A DNA stretch of 58,976 nt from Candidatus Woesearchaeota archaeon (GTDB lineage: Archaea > Nanobdellota > Nanobdellia > Pacearchaeales > GW2011-AR1), in assembly GCA_964406515.1 (NCBI GenBank), contig CAYORV010000003.1, positions 1-58,976 of the forward strand. The letters run 5' to 3'. The notes beneath the pieces are model-generated. The model saw nothing but the letters and a program-made list of their open reading frames with translations. It was not told the origin of the DNA and ran no database searches. The position numbers were made by a program, and so were the translations under genes. This document shows positions 44,620 through 53,991 of the stretch, piece by piece; position 1 is the stretch's first letter, and every line of letters begins with the position of its first letter.

Positions 44620-46419
44620 TTATCTCTTCTTCTTAACAGCAAATCCGCCACCAACAATTATTGCTACAACAACAATTCCAATTGTTATCCATAACCATAA
44701 TAAATTACTTGCTTCTTCAGGTTCCTCATCTCCTCCAATAACTTTCTCTGCAATTGCGAAATAACTAAATGAAGTTACTTCAACATTATAGTAATAGTAA
44801 GTGTCATCTTCAGACTCATAAACTGTTAATAACTCATCCCATTCTCCCGCAGCTTCATTAAACTTAAATGCAGCTATATTAGATTGACTTATACCAGTAT
44901 CTAATAGCCAATTCTTTTGAACCTTAATTGTAAGAACCGCCTTGTCCATTTTATCAGCTAAATTTTCTGATGTAATTTGTATGTATTTATGCACATTTCC
45001 TGCTTTCGCAACAGTAATTTCTGAGGGTTGCACGCTAAATTTCCTAACAGTTACTTTAACATCATTGGCTTGCTCTGTCACTGTGATCTTTATCTCTTCT
45101 ACTCCCATATCTTCTTCAAAATTATATAAGATCATTTCTTCACCAATTCCCACATTAAATACATTAACTTTTTCAATAACAGTTGTTGTACCTCCTCCAT
45201 TACCACCACTACCACTGCAAGAAAGTGTAGAGAAAGTAGTTGAAGCTGAGTTCGCACTCAAATCTACTTGGTCAGTACATTCAACAGTGTAAGAGTAAGA
45301 AGTACCACAACTTAATCCAGTATGAGTTAAAGTTTGTGTTCCTGTTCCTGTTCCAGTAATAGTATTACTAGAACCAAAAGATACTGCGCTAGAACCCCTA
45401 AGTACACTCTTTACCACACAAGTATTAATTCCACTTCCATATGTCCCATCATCAGCTGTAATAGTAATAACATTCTTGCTTGCAGTAGTACCTGTTCCTT
45501 TAGTTAACACTGGTACACCTGGTGCAGTTCTATCAATTGTAAATTGAATAGATTCTGTATTATTAAGATTATTTGCATTTGTAATTGAATCATTCATACT
45601 ATCATTAGCGTAGATAGTAAGAGTATATGTTCCATCAGGGTAAAATGTTGAATTACTCATATTAATAGTTGCATTATAGAAAGCAGCGACGGCGGTAGTT
45701 GTGATGTCGCTAAGATTTAATAATCTTGTGAGATTTACTTGCCCAGTTCTATTAGTAACATTCATATAAACAGAACCACTCAAATTTTCTCCATACTTCA
45801 CACGATCAATTGCATCAAGTATACTTACATTTATAAAAAGATTCTTTACAATATCTTTAGTAGTATAATTTCCATTATTAACTATTGAACCATTAGTAGA
45901 TAATAAATAAGATGAACCAGCAGTTGAAAAACTAACTGCAGGAGGATTTCTATCAATTGTTACATTTGTAAGAGATGTCCAATTTTGATCATTCCCATCA
46001 TTCCTAACACAACTAATATTATATGTATTTGAATCAATCAATCCACTAATATCTGCCACGTACGTAAAGTTAGTAGTATTCCCTTCCTTAGTACCATTCC
46101 ATATAACAAGAGTTAATCTATCCACATCTGAAGTGAAACCAGTTCCATCAAAAGTAACATCACTATCATTAATTGATCCTCCACTTGAATTCCAAAAGCA
46201 AGTTACATTAACTCCTATTGAGGTATTCACCATTGTTGCGTTCACCTCTATGAGCAAGGTATCTTCAGTATAATTTCCTCCATTTACCACACTGTTGTTA
46301 AAAGTAATACCAGTACCACCACCGCTAAAAGCAAAAACAAACACTCCCAAAACTATAACTAGGATTAATCCAAAAAATATACTCATTAAAGTCTTTGCAT
46401 TAGCTTTTTTATCAACCAT
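44620..46419 (-). CDS. PGF-pre-PGF-domain surface glycoprotein
   Basis: Signal peptide, many N-x-S/T sequons, V..NWL...W.EL.T...TSFSYFAI, C-terminal TM. Confidence 0.82.
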   Translation of the reverse strand: MVDKKANAKTLMSIFFGLILVIVLGVFVFAFSGGGTGITFNNSVVNGGNYTEDTLLIEVNATMVNTSIGVNVTCFWNSSGGSINDSDVTFDGTGFTSDVDRLTLVIWNGTKEGNTTNFTYVADISGLIDSNTYNISCVRNDGNDQNWTSLTNVTIDRNPPAVSFSTAGSSYLLSTNGSIVNNGNYTTKDIVKNLFINVSILDAIDRVKYGENLSGSVYMNVTNRTGQVNLTRLLNLSDITTTAVAAFYNATINMSNSTFYPDGTYTLTIYANDSMNDSITNANNLNNTESIQFTIDRTAPGVPVLTKGTGTTASKNVITITADDGTYGSGINTCVVKSVLRGSSAVSFGSSNTITGTGTGTQTLTHTGLSCGTSYSYTVECTDQVDLSANSASTTFSTLSCSGSGGNGGGTTTVIEKVNVFNVGIGEEMILYNFEEDMGVEEIKITVTEQANDVKVTVRKFSVQPSEITVAKAGNVHKYIQITSENLADKMDKAVLTIKVQKNWLLDTGISQSNIAAFKFNEAAGEWDELLTVYESEDDTYYYYNVEVTSFSYFAIAEKVIGGDEEPEEASNLLWLWITIGIVVVAIIVGGGFAVKKKR

Positions 46420-46579
46420 CTTTTTTTATATAGTTAAAATCTATATAATGCATATAAAATTTTATTGTTTATAAATGTTTTTCTTTTTTCAAGTTTTTTC
46501 TTTTTTAAAAAAAGTTTATTCTCCGTCGGGGAAAATCCAAAATGAAAAAGTTTTTAAATTAGAAAAAAGATAAATCCAA

Positions 46580-47059
46580 ATGGAAGAACAAACTTTAGTG
46601 TTAATAAAACCAGATAGCTTAGTAAAAAGTTTGACAGGAAATATTATAACAAAGTTATCTGAAACAGAATTAAAAATCGTCGGTGCAAAGGTTGTCAATG
46701 TGTCTAGAGAACTTGCAGAAAAACATTATTCTGATTTAAAAAATAGGATGATAAAGAAACACGGAGAAGAAAAAGGCTCAAAAATTTTTGAAAGCACTAT
46801 TGAATATATTCAAGGAAAATTTCATACTAACAGAATTCTTGCATTAGTTTACCAAGGAGAAAATGCTGTATCAAAAATTAGAGAACTTGCAGGAGAAACA
46901 AATCCAGAAGCAGCCAATGCAATATCTATTAGGGGTAAATATGGAAGAATACATTCTGAAACACAAGTTTTTGAAAATGCAGTACATTGTTCTGAAACTC
47001 CTGAAGAAGCAAAAAGAGAAATTGCAATATGGTTTGATAAAAAAGAACTCGCTAAATAA
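46580..47059 (+). CDS. ndk: Nucleoside-diphosphate kinase
   Basis: QTLVLIKPD, GETNP, SIRGKYG, NAVHCSE. Confidence 0.95.
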   Translation: MEEQTLVLIKPDSLVKSLTGNIITKLSETELKIVGAKVVNVSRELAEKHYSDLKNRMIKKHGEEKGSKIFESTIEYIQGKFHTNRILALVYQGENAVSKIRELAGETNPEAANAISIRGKYGRIHSETQVFENAVHCSETPEEAKREIAIWFDKKELAK

Positions 47060-48139
47060 TTATTCGTCAATAACTCCAGCATTACTTAAGAAAAATATTG
47101 CCTCATTGTCTGGTAAATCAGGACTATCAACTAATTTTGCAACTCGTGAATCTTTCTTTCCTCGTCGTAAATAAATTCTATATGTTGAAGCATGTCCAAC
47201 AATGTGTCCTCCAATTGCCGTCGTGGGATCACCGAACATCTGCGCAGGATTTGCCATCACTTGATTAGTTACGTAAACAGCAAGATTATGTTGTTCTGCA
47301 AGCTTCATTAAATTATGCATATATCTATTCAACTTTTGTTGCCTATCTGCTAATTGTCCTCGACCAGCAAACTCTGCTCTAAAATGTGCAGTTAAAGAAT
47401 CCACAATCAATAATTTAATGGGTTCTCCATCTTTAATCATTTCTGAAATTTTATCTAAAAGTAAAATCTGATGGTCAGAATTAAACGCCCTGGCAACAAA
47501 AATGTTTTTCAAAACCTTTTCCGGATTCGCTCCCAAGGCTTCTGCAATCTGTTTTATCCTCGCGGGTCTAAAGGTTCCCTCTGTATCAATAAATACACAT
47601 TTTCCGTTAGCTCCTCCACGGTCAAGAGGCAATTGTGTATTGACTGCCAATGTTGAGCCCAATTGAGTTTTCCCCGAACCATAGGCTCCAAAAGCTTCTG
47701 TAACTGCCCTACTCTGAACACCCTTTCCCCCCAAGAGCTCATCAAAACTTTTACTTCCTGTAGTAATATAAGAAACATTTTCTCTACGTGCAGCATATTC
47801 TAATCCATCTGTAAATCCCAATTGAAGCATATTTCTCGAAGCTTGAATTGCTTTTCTTGCAACAGCTGGACTCACACCTGCAGCGTCGCCCAATTGTGCA
47901 GGACCCATAACTGCTAAACTCATGAGATCTGTAATTCCTGCTCCTTCTAACTTCGCCGCCACAGCTGGCCCTATTCCTGGCAAATCAGTTAATTGAGGCT
48001 CTTTAGAATCATCCTTTGGGAAAGATTCACCAGAATCGTCCTTTGAGGAAGGCTCTCCAATAGGTTCCTCTACTTTCTTTGATTTAGAAACAGTCTTCTT
48101 TTCTTCTGTCTCTTCTGCCTTCTTAACAACCATAAACAC
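47060..48139 (-). CDS. radA: DNA repair and recombination protein RadA
   Basis: HhH DLPGIGP, GAYGSGKTQ, IDTEGTFRP, RGQLADRQQKL. Confidence 0.97.
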   Translation of the reverse strand: MFMVVKKAEETEEKKTVSKSKKVEEPIGEPSSKDDSGESFPKDDSKEPQLTDLPGIGPAVAAKLEGAGITDLMSLAVMGPAQLGDAAGVSPAVARKAIQASRNMLQLGFTDGLEYAARRENVSYITTGSKSFDELLGGKGVQSRAVTEAFGAYGSGKTQLGSTLAVNTQLPLDRGGANGKCVFIDTEGTFRPARIKQIAEALGANPEKVLKNIFVARAFNSDHQILLLDKISEMIKDGEPIKLLIVDSLTAHFRAEFAGRGQLADRQQKLNRYMHNLMKLAEQHNLAVYVTNQVMANPAQMFGDPTTAIGGHIVGHASTYRIYLRRGKKDSRVAKLVDSPDLPDNEAIFFLSNAGVIDE

Positions 48140-48186
48140 ACAAACCCCTCTTTGTTTATAAAGATTATTTGCCTAGTAGATATATC

Positions 48187-48642
48187 TTAGAAAACACTAA
48201 AAATCCTCTCAAAAACCAATATTAAATCAACAATCAAAAAGATAACAAAAACAAGTGTTTCAAATCTTCTCCCAGTTCTAATTATTCCTTTAATCTTAAA
48301 TTTAAATGGATAAAATGGCCTTATACCTTGTCTAGTAAGACCATCTATTAATAGGTGTGACCCATATCCTAAGAAAAATGGCAAGATAAAATTAGGATAA
48401 GTAAACCAAAAAACCAAGCTTACTATTAATAGAAATGTAAAACTATGAACTATGCCACGATGTTTAACAAAGAATTGTAAAATTCGGAATGTCTTCTTTT
48501 TCCCAATTTTAGAAAATCGAGAATCAATATCAGGTATAATTGAAGAAATCAAAACAATTGTAAGAAAAATAAATTTATCTTCAGTGGGTAAAAAAAGCAA
48601 CGCAAAAAACAATCCAACTAAAAGATGTGTCTTAAACAGCAT
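48187..48642 (-). CDS. YdjM-like membrane metal-dependent hydrolase
   Basis: THL, IPDID, HRGIVHS, SHLLIDGLT. Confidence 0.88.
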   Translation of the reverse strand: MLFKTHLLVGLFFALLFLPTEDKFIFLTIVLISSIIPDIDSRFSKIGKKKTFRILQFFVKHRGIVHSFTFLLIVSLVFWFTYPNFILPFFLGYGSHLLIDGLTRQGIRPFYPFKFKIKGIIRTGRRFETLVFVIFLIVDLILVFERIFSVF

Positions 48643-49582
48643 TTTTTTCTAATTTAGCTATAAGCTCATCAAGATTTATCTCTTGAACATTGTCTATAAT
48701 CAACTCTGGATTATTAAAATAAGTATTCATTCTCACATTCCCAGAAAAAAACATCTCCTTCCCTAAAAGATTTTGTTTTTGCTCAGTCATCTTTTCTACA
48801 TTTTCTAAATCTGTTAAACCCAATCCATTAATAGTTTCATGAAACAACACCCCTCGAATAGATTCTGTTCCATCATCAATAACCAAATTTAAAATTGCTC
48901 TTTTTTCTGGCATAACCTTTCCATGCTCTGCGCAAACAAAATCTTCTCCTTCTGCCGTAGCTTTTTTCTTACACTCTGGACAAACATGGAAAAATTTCGG
49001 CTCAAACATTTGAACAATAAAAGCTCGGACTCCAATATTATCTGACACATTAAAATTTGCAATCGGTTTCTCTTTGACAATTTTTTCTGTATGAACATCA
49101 TTAAAAATTTCACTACTTAATTTTATTTCTGAAAAACTTCCAAGATGTAACTCACCATCCCTCATACTTCCATTAGCAAGTTCAATTACACTACCTTCTT
49201 TGATATCCCCTTTTTCAACTAAAGAAATATGATTTGTATCCCATAAAACAAGCCGAATATTTGAAGTGTCATCAGCAACAAATAAATTAACAACCTTTCC
49301 TTCATCTCCTTTTTTCGTCGTAAATGTTCTCACAGGAGACAAATTAACCACCTTTGCAGTAAGATTCACTTTTCTCATACCTGGTAACAATTCTTCAATT
49401 TTTAATTTCTCATTATCAAAAGAAATACCCAACTCTGCAGCAATTACTTGGGCCGCTCCTTCCTTACTAATCAATCCAGAAAGCTTCGCCCTTTTTGCTT
49501 CCACTTTCCTTTCAATTTCCTCTTTTTCCACTCCTGCAGATTTGGAAATTTTCTCCAAAATCCGCTCATAATTATCATCCAT
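48632..49582 (-). CDS. Replication protein A-like OB-fold ssDNA-binding protein
   Basis: Two OB folds (DDTSNIRLVLW; IDDGTESIR) with CPEC...CAEH Zn finger. Confidence 0.85.
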   Translation of the reverse strand: MDDNYERILEKISKSAGVEKEEIERKVEAKRAKLSGLISKEGAAQVIAAELGISFDNEKLKIEELLPGMRKVNLTAKVVNLSPVRTFTTKKGDEGKVVNLFVADDTSNIRLVLWDTNHISLVEKGDIKEGSVIELANGSMRDGELHLGSFSEIKLSSEIFNDVHTEKIVKEKPIANFNVSDNIGVRAFIVQMFEPKFFHVCPECKKKATAEGEDFVCAEHGKVMPEKRAILNLVIDDGTESIRGVLFHETINGLGLTDLENVEKMTEQKQNLLGKEMFFSGNVRMNTYFNNPELIIDNVQEINLDELIAKLEKNAV

Positions 49583-49667
49583 CTAATAAAAAAAGTCTGA
49601 ATGTTTTTAAGTATTATTGTAAAAGAAGCATAAGAAAACTTATAAACCTCTTTCATTAAAACAAAAT

Positions 49668-49937
49668 ATGGGAATTGCAGGAATTAAAATAAAAATCATG
49701 CCAGAATCTCCAGATACAAATCTTGAAGAAATAAAAGAAACAGCTAAGAAAATAGTTGAAGAAAAAGGCGGGAAAAACCGAGAGTATGAAGAAGAACCAA
49801 TTGCATTTGGTCTCAAGGCTGTAATCGCTTTTTTTGAATTACCAGAAGACATAGAACCTAGCGCAATAGAAGAACTCTTTAAAAAAATCGATGGAGTTAG
49901 TTCTATTCAAATAATTGATATAAGACGATTAATATAA
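49668..49937 (+). CDS. ef1b: Elongation factor 1-beta
   Basis: KIMPESPDTNL...EPIAFGLKA. Confidence 0.93.
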   Translation: MGIAGIKIKIMPESPDTNLEEIKETAKKIVEEKGGKNREYEEEPIAFGLKAVIAFFELPEDIEPSAIEELFKKIDGVSSIQIIDIRRLI

Positions 49938-49981
49938 TCTAATGCAATAATTCTTATAAAATCAATAACTCTAAGAAAACA

Positions 49982-50230
49982 ATGGCAAATGAATTAGAAG
50001 CAGAAATCTTTGAACAAATGAAAGATGTCTTAATTGAATATACCTCGATTTCATTAGATGAAATAACCAAGGATCTCTCATCTGATCTGAAAATGGATAG
50101 TCTTGATAAGTTAGGATTTGCTTATGAGATAGAAGACAAATTTAACATAAGAATACCAGATGAAAAAATATCAGAATTAGAAACTATCAAAGATTATATT
50201 GAATATATTAGTTCGCACAGAAATCAATAA
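49982..50230 (+). CDS. Acyl carrier protein-like protein
   Basis: Acidic 82 aa; DLKMDSLD...EIEDKFNIRIPDE...TIKD. Confidence 0.85.
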   Translation: MANELEAEIFEQMKDVLIEYTSISLDEITKDLSSDLKMDSLDKLGFAYEIEDKFNIRIPDEKISELETIKDYIEYISSHRNQ

Positions 50231-50260
50231 TTTTATTAATTCTATTTTCAGTTTTAATAT

Positions 50261-50887
50261 ATGCTATCCCCCGAACAAGAAACCCAGATTAAGGAACAAA
50301 TCCTTCAGCAAATAGATTCTACATTTCCAGAGGATAAAAAAGCAGATGCAAAAGCCCAATTACAGGCAATGGATTCAGAACAACTTGAACAATTTATCAA
50401 ACAAAATAATATGATACAATCCGAGGGAGCAGGCGAGCCAAGCACTACTCCCGGACAACAATGTATTTTCTGTTCAATCGCCGAAGGAAATATTCAATCT
50501 TCTAAAATTGAAGAAAATGCAAATGCCATGGCTATTCTTGAAATCAATCCAATCTCAGAAGGACACACAATTATTATTCCAAAAAAACATTCTCAAGAAA
50601 CTTCTGAAAAAGCTCAAGAACTCGCAAAAGAAATTTCAAAATTATTAAAAAAGAAACTTAACCCAAAAGACATAATAATTTCTCCTTCAGTTTTATTTGG
50701 ACATTCTGTTATCAATGTTATTCCAGTCTATAAAGACGAAACAATTGAATCAGAAAAACATAAGGCATCACCAGAAGAACTTGAAGCAACTTTGAAAAAA
50801 ATCTTAGAAGAACCAAAAAAGCCGATTAAAAAACCAAAACCAAAAACAATTAAAAAAAGATTTTGGGTTACGAAAAGGATACCTTAA
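50261..50887 (+). CDS. HIT-like protein with N-terminal helical extension and degenerate triad
   Basis: QCIFCSI, INPISEGHTIIIPKKH; triad reduced to GHSVINVIP. Confidence 0.75.
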   Translation: MLSPEQETQIKEQILQQIDSTFPEDKKADAKAQLQAMDSEQLEQFIKQNNMIQSEGAGEPSTTPGQQCIFCSIAEGNIQSSKIEENANAMAILEINPISEGHTIIIPKKHSQETSEKAQELAKEISKLLKKKLNPKDIIISPSVLFGHSVINVIPVYKDETIESEKHKASPEELEATLKKILEEPKKPIKKPKPKTIKKRFWVTKRIP

Positions 50888-50903
50888 ATTTAATTTTCTC
50901 TTC

Positions 50904-51755
50904 TCAAAAAAACAGATTCCATAATTCTACCTTTAATAAAATCAAACAAAATAAAATTATCAAACTAATTAAAAAAACATGTGTAAAAGGAATTCCTTGT
51001 TTTATCTTAACCTTCTTATATTTTTTTCTTATTATTTTAATCTCTTCCTTACTAAGTCCGTCCCACTTAGCTTTAATTTTTTTCTTACCTATAATTACAT
51101 CATCATAAAGCCAATCTCCTTCTGTCAACTTTTCAACATTAACTTGCTTGACCATACAAGACTCATCAATTGCTTTTGCAAAAACATAAAGATAAGGTAA
51201 AACAAAAAGCAGAATTCCTAAAAAGAAAAAAATGACTTCAACAAAACCCAGAGCCATTATTCCTAAACCTAAGAACATTACTAAATAAATTAGTTTAGAA
51301 TATTTTTTAAATTGTAAGACAAATTCTTTCTTGAATATTTTAAAATTCTTAATTGCTAGAATTCCGCTAACTCCAAAGCTATACAATGCTCCTGAAAAAA
51401 AGAACACAAAAAAAAACATAAAAAAGATTTGAACATTCTCTAAAATTGTTCCATAAATCGGAAGAATAGCTCCAAGCGCAATCATTAATTTTGCATCACC
51501 TCCAGCAAACATTCTCCCATAATAAAGTAAATTTCCTAAAGCAAAAAATATTCCCACACCAAAAATACCTTGATAAAAAAATGAAAAATCTTCTCCCAAA
51601 AATAAAGAATAAAAAAATCTAAATCCTAATGCAAAAATAATCAAAGAAAAGCTTACCCAATTAGCAATTTCTCGACTTCGCAAATCCTGGATAGTTGCAA
51701 ATAAAATCCACAATAAAGCCAACACCCCCAAAAAAATTATTTCAAACATAATCAA
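50904..51755 (-). CDS. A24-family prepilin/prearchaellin peptidase
   Basis: IQDLRSREI, FAGGDAKL, LTEGDW, GIPFT. Confidence 0.9.
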   Translation of the reverse strand: MIMFEIIFLGVLALLWILFATIQDLRSREIANWVSFSLIIFALGFRFFYSLFLGEDFSFFYQGIFGVGIFFALGNLLYYGRMFAGGDAKLMIALGAILPIYGTILENVQIFFMFFFVFFFSGALYSFGVSGILAIKNFKIFKKEFVLQFKKYSKLIYLVMFLGLGIMALGFVEVIFFFLGILLFVLPYLYVFAKAIDESCMVKQVNVEKLTEGDWLYDDVIIGKKKIKAKWDGLSKEEIKIIRKKYKKVKIKQGIPFTHVFLISLIILFCLILLKVELWNLFF

Positions 51756-51779
51756 ACTAATTAAAAGTAATTTATAAAA

Positions 51780-51902
51780 CTATTTTGATTTCTTTTCCAA
51801 GGTCAAGGTTCTTCCTCGCCCACCTTTTTTATAAGGATGTTTTTTCTTTTCCTTTTTCTTGTCCTTTCTTTTATTTCGTTTCTGAGAAAATCCATAATCC
51901 AT
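51780..51902 (-). CDS. Very basic 40-aa protein
   Basis: Manual translation MDYGFSQKRNKRKDKKKEKKKHPYKKGGRGRTLTLEKKSK; TATA-like sequence upstream. Confidence 0.45.
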   Translation of the reverse strand: MDYGFSQKRNKRKDKKKEKKKHPYKKGGRGRTLTLEKKSK

Positions 51903-51947
51903 AATTCAAATAAGAAAAATTAGTTTAAATAATCTTTAGTGAAGAAT

Positions 51948-52334
51948 TTACTCAGATTCTTCTTCAGATTCTTCACTTTCTGCAGGACTTTCAGAACACA
52001 AACCAGGACAAGCTTCTATTCCATACGTTTCGCCATCCTTATTTTCATAAGTTGAAAAGAATAAACAATCCTCTATTTTCTCCTTACCGTCTGCAGTAGG
52101 CAAATCACTAGATTTCAAGGTTCTTTGCTTAGTACAAAAATCATAAACACTCTGCGTTGAACAAGCAGCAGCACATTGATTTACAATTGTGTCAACATTA
52201 TCTCCTCCAATCCATGGAAGAATTGTCTTCCAGCCCATAGTAAATCCTAAAATTAAAACAACTAAAATTACAACTCCAAGAATAATTAATATGATTGCAT
52301 TAGTGCTTAACCCTTGACCCCTTTTATTTTGCAT
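51948..52334 (-). CDS. Pilin-like protein, class III signal, Cys-rich head
   Basis: MQNKRG|QGLSTNAIILIILG. Confidence 0.8.
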   Translation of the reverse strand: MQNKRGQGLSTNAIILIILGVVILVVLILGFTMGWKTILPWIGGDNVDTIVNQCAAACSTQSVYDFCTKQRTLKSSDLPTADGKEKIEDCLFFSTYENKDGETYGIEACPGLCSESPAESEESEEESE

Positions 52335-52372
52335 ATTAACTTTACGATTATTTTATTTATAAAACTTTTTGT

Positions 52373-52648
52373 TTATGGTTCAAATTCAACAGAGAAAAGA
52401 ATCTTCTCTTTTTTCCAAAACCAAAATCCTTTAGTGACTTTTTCTTCTAAATCAAGGCCTGCAGGATTTTCTTGGGCAAATAAAGCTTGTTCAACTTGTG
52501 AATTAATTTCTTTCAATAATTTTATCCCAACAAAAGAATCTCTTGTCTTCAGATTAGCATTATAAAAACTTAGCAAAGCCAAACCACATATCATCAAAAC
52601 TCCCAATACTAAAATAGTCACAGGAATGTCTCCTCGTTTATTATTCAT
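52373..52648 (-). CDS. Pilin-like protein, class III signal
   Basis: MNNKRG|DIPVTILVLG. Confidence 0.75.
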   Translation of the reverse strand: MNNKRGDIPVTILVLGVLMICGLALLSFYNANLKTRDSFVGIKLLKEINSQVEQALFAQENPAGLDLEEKVTKGFWFWKKEKILFSVEFEP

Positions 52649-52697
52649 TGTGCAAAACTCCTGTTTTGTGCTTTGGATGAATTTCCTGTTTATTCAT
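52649..52697. repeat. 49-bp element, copy 1 (43/49 identical to 54919-54967)
   Basis: Direct comparison; abuts the start codon of a pilin-like gene. Confidence 0.88.
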
Positions 52698-53004
52698 TTG
52701 CTTCCTCCAACCATTTATCAATAGCTGCTTTATTTTCATTGCCTGCTAACTCCTGTGCTGCTAACTCGTGTGCAAGAGATGTTTTTGTATCAAGCACTTT
52801 TCCCCCTTCATTAATTTTAATATATCCAACACCTGCATAAATTCCTTCTTCTTCCTTCACCTCTAATCCTCGAACTTCAAGATGTTTTTTCTGCGCTAAA
52901 ATCAAAGCAGCATAAACAGACAAAATTAAAATCACAACTATAACTATTGTCGCAACTACCCATGTCATTGTTTCTCCAACCTGTCCCCTTTTATTTCTTA
53001 ACAT
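52690..53004 (-). CDS. Pilin-like protein, class III signal
   Basis: MLRNKRG|QVGETMTWVVATIVI. Confidence 0.78.
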   Translation of the reverse strand: MLRNKRGQVGETMTWVVATIVIVVILILSVYAALILAQKKHLEVRGLEVKEEEGIYAGVGYIKINEGGKVLDTKTSLAHELAAQELAGNENKAAIDKWLEEANE

Positions 53005-53521
53005 TTTTTTCAGATTTTCCTACAACTCCCAAAATTTTAATTATATATTGATTATTTGCATCATCCAACGAATAAAAACTTCTATCAAGACATTTAGCAA
53101 GCCGACTATATTCTTCATCTTCTTGAACTACACAACTTGCTTTCCAATTATTATTTCCTTCTTTAATATCATAAACAGAATTTTCTGGATTCTTAAAATT
53201 ATAAAAATCAACTTCAACATAATATTGTTCTTCTCCGTCCTCTTCTAATATCAAATGACATTCTTCTATGAAATTATCTTTAAAATCAACAACAAAATTT
53301 CCTCCTTCAATTATCTCAGAATTAATTCTTCCTTCACGAGATATACAATCCGCTACCCTATCTATAAAAACACCTGCTTCAATTTCCCTCACGTCATACG
53401 GAGCACCATAAAAAACATAGACCATTGCAAAAATTCCAGAAGCTACAAGAATCAAAATTACAAACCAATAAAGTGAAAGTATTTTTTCTGCTCCCCTTTT
53501 ATTCTTCATTTTTATAACCAT
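52991..53521 (-). CDS. Pilin-like protein, class III signal
   Basis: MKNKRG|AEKILSLYWFVIL. Confidence 0.75.
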   Translation of the reverse strand: MVIKMKNKRGAEKILSLYWFVILILVASGIFAMVYVFYGAPYDVREIEAGVFIDRVADCISREGRINSEIIEGGNFVVDFKDNFIEECHLILEEDGEEQYYVEVDFYNFKNPENSVYDIKEGNNNWKASCVVQEDEEYSRLAKCLDRSFYSLDDANNQYIIKILGVVGKSEKNVKK

Positions 53522-53909
53522 TTATTTTAATTATATAATATTCTGGAGAAACATCTGGATAAACTGTGACATCTACATCATTAAAAAAAGAATATTCATA
53601 TCCTCCCTTTTCACTCAGTTTCACTCGGACAGTATTTCCAGTTATTTGCACTACATCTTCAAAATTAATACCGTTCTTCTTAGCACGCTTCATCCCTTCT
53701 TCCATATTCAATCTTAATTCCATAACAGGCCTTGAAGAATCAATCAACAACGCAATATTTTTTGCATAAGATTGTTCTAAAAGAATCGCCCCACTTCCTT
53801 GCTTAAACAAAAACAAAATCACAATTGAAAGAAAAAGCAAATTCAAAATAATAAATATAACATTCTCTACAAGCAATGTACCTCTTTTGTTAATTTTTAA
53901 CTTCCTCAT
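53499..53909 (-). CDS. Pilin-like protein, class III signal
   Basis: INKRG|TLLVENVIFIIL. Confidence 0.75.
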   Translation of the reverse strand: MRKLKINKRGTLLVENVIFIILNLLFLSIVILFLFKQGSGAILLEQSYAKNIALLIDSSRPVMELRLNMEEGMKRAKKNGINFEDVVQITGNTVRVKLSEKGGYEYSFFNDVDVTVYPDVSPEYYIIKINGYKNEE

Positions 53910-53991
53910 TTAAAATTGACAACATAGGAAGTGTAAACTTACTGCATTATTCATACTATAAAATAGAAATCTAATTAATAAAATTATCTAA

